A stretch of DNA of 64,000 bases from Chara braunii. Taxonomy: Eukaryota; Plantae; Charophyceae. The first letter of the stretch is position 1, and every line of letters begins with the position of its first letter. The notes under the pieces are model-generated. The model was given only the letters and a program-made list of their open reading frames with translations. It was not told where the DNA came from and did no database searches. A program made the position numbers and the translations under genes. Positions 62,041 through 64,000 of this stretch are shown piece by piece. The DNA is taken from positions 3,878,501 to 3,942,500 of the forward strand of contig BFEA01000001.1 in NCBI GenBank assembly GCA_003427395.1, read 5' to 3'.

Positions 62041-62941
62041 GAGAGCGAAAGATAGAATCGAAAAAGGAAATCGTTTGCCCTATATCAAGGTCAATTTTTC
62101 TCTACATCATCTCATTTATCTCATTTATGGTAAGAAAGAGGTAGAGTCGCGTCAGTAGTTTCAAACGACTTACATATAGACATTTGGACTGTTGTGACGG
62201 TACGAAAGACTCACTTGCTAAACTCATAAGCGGTTATTTATATTGCATTATCGTTAAGGCTGAGTCTATCAGCTTTCCGATGATATATGGGATCCACCTT
62301 GTATATAATTTTGATTTCGAGTATGGGTCATTATATTTTTGGGGGTGTGCATACGTACTGGATCTGACTATCAACTTTCTAAGCTTTGTTTCAGTTTTGG
62401 TAGGATACAAATGGGGGGCTTCTATAGTTAGGTTTTCCGTACGTTTGAGGCTCAATCACCTCCACGGGAACACTTGGGATTATTTTCTGTATATCAGTCA
62501 GTTACGACCTGTAGGGTATGCTATAAAAGGTCATTTATTTTTTATTGAGACATTGATTGATGATGATTTGAGATTTGTGATAATTTGAAAACTCGAGATG
62601 GACTGAATCTCTTATTGGAATCACTTTGGTATGAGTTTTAATCCCCTCAAATTGCAGATTCGTGCGCGTGTTGGTTGTCATTATCGTTCTCACCATTGTG
62701 ACTTTGTGTTTTTTCCTATGTTTTATTTTTATTATCATATGAGAAAGAAAAAAATTCAAAAGTGTGGAAGAAAAATATGGCAAATCTTGAATGAAGTGTG
62801 CCCAAACCAAAGAGTGTTCGATGAAGTGAAGAAAACGTGACTATCAGTGAGATATTTATGGGAGACTCAGAGAGACAAAAAACTATATTGAGTTATAAAT
62901 GAGAAAGAGGTCATCCCGAGGGCGGCATAAGTGGTTATTTC

Positions 62942-63020
62942 CTAGGCACCAGAGTGTCCCAGGGCCACTTGCCCGACCGGGCAAAAAAATAATAATAATA
63001 ATAAATAAAAATAAAAAAAA
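62942..63020 (+). mobile_element. Left end of another element of the 21222-21522 hAT-like family
   Basis: ctaggcaccagagtgtcccagggccacttgcccgaccggg closely matches the start of the 21222 element. Confidence 0.6.
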
Positions 63021-63216
63021 TGGACCCACCGTAGCGATCCTGTGGCGATGGGGACGGGGGGGGGGAAGAGAGGGCAAGGAGAAGGCGTTGGAGGAGGAGA
63101 GAAAGCGAGAGACGAGAGAAAGAGTGCAAACACGACTCTACGACCTTCCGCCCTCTCAGCCGTCCCCGCCCTTTCTTCCCCCCACCCGCATGGCCCGATT
63201 CCGCGCCCGCCGACAG

Positions 63217-64000
<784 letters not shown>

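Larger units (their letters stand above)
51820..62940 (+). mobile_element. 5' part of a large, decayed non-chromovirus Gypsy-like LTR retrotransposon (very long LTR-like region, tRNA-Asp PBS, long leader, gag remnant); left boundary uncertain
   Basis: ...GCTCGACA end at 58730 followed by the PBS; gag-like reading frame at 60990-62040; AT-rich decayed sequence. Confidence 0.6.

Overview
Repeat-rich eukaryotic DNA with six N-gaps and many microsatellites. Plant-type U6, a HUB/BRE1 gene and a flagellar dynein gene suggest a flagellate-sperm streptophyte such as Chara (inference). Host genes, both on the minus strand: (i) three widely spaced phase-0 exons (35307-34609, 24938-24744, 19025-18936) of an axonemal inner-arm dynein heavy chain (DNAH6-like), and (ii) an intact, intronless 985-aa BRE1/HUB1-HUB2 RING E3 ligase CDS (45734-42777) that appears to sit in a dynein intron. 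Mobile DNA: a decayed chromodomain-bearing Ty3/Gypsy element (7172-17421; LTRs, tRNA-Met PBS, PPT), the 5' part of a large decayed LTR element (tRNA-Asp PBS, gag remnant, 66-bp minisatellite), hAT-like and Tourist-like MITEs, two U6 retropseudogenes and clusters of tRNA-like sequences. Most notable: three copies of a short (CA)n-associated interspersed element carrying a type III hammerhead ribozyme fold (6259-6315 +, 20264-20320 -, partial 32785-32819 -), a candidate retrozyme-like family. Two Nextera/Tn5 adapter remnants (20173-20195, 39822-39859) flag possible mis-assembly.
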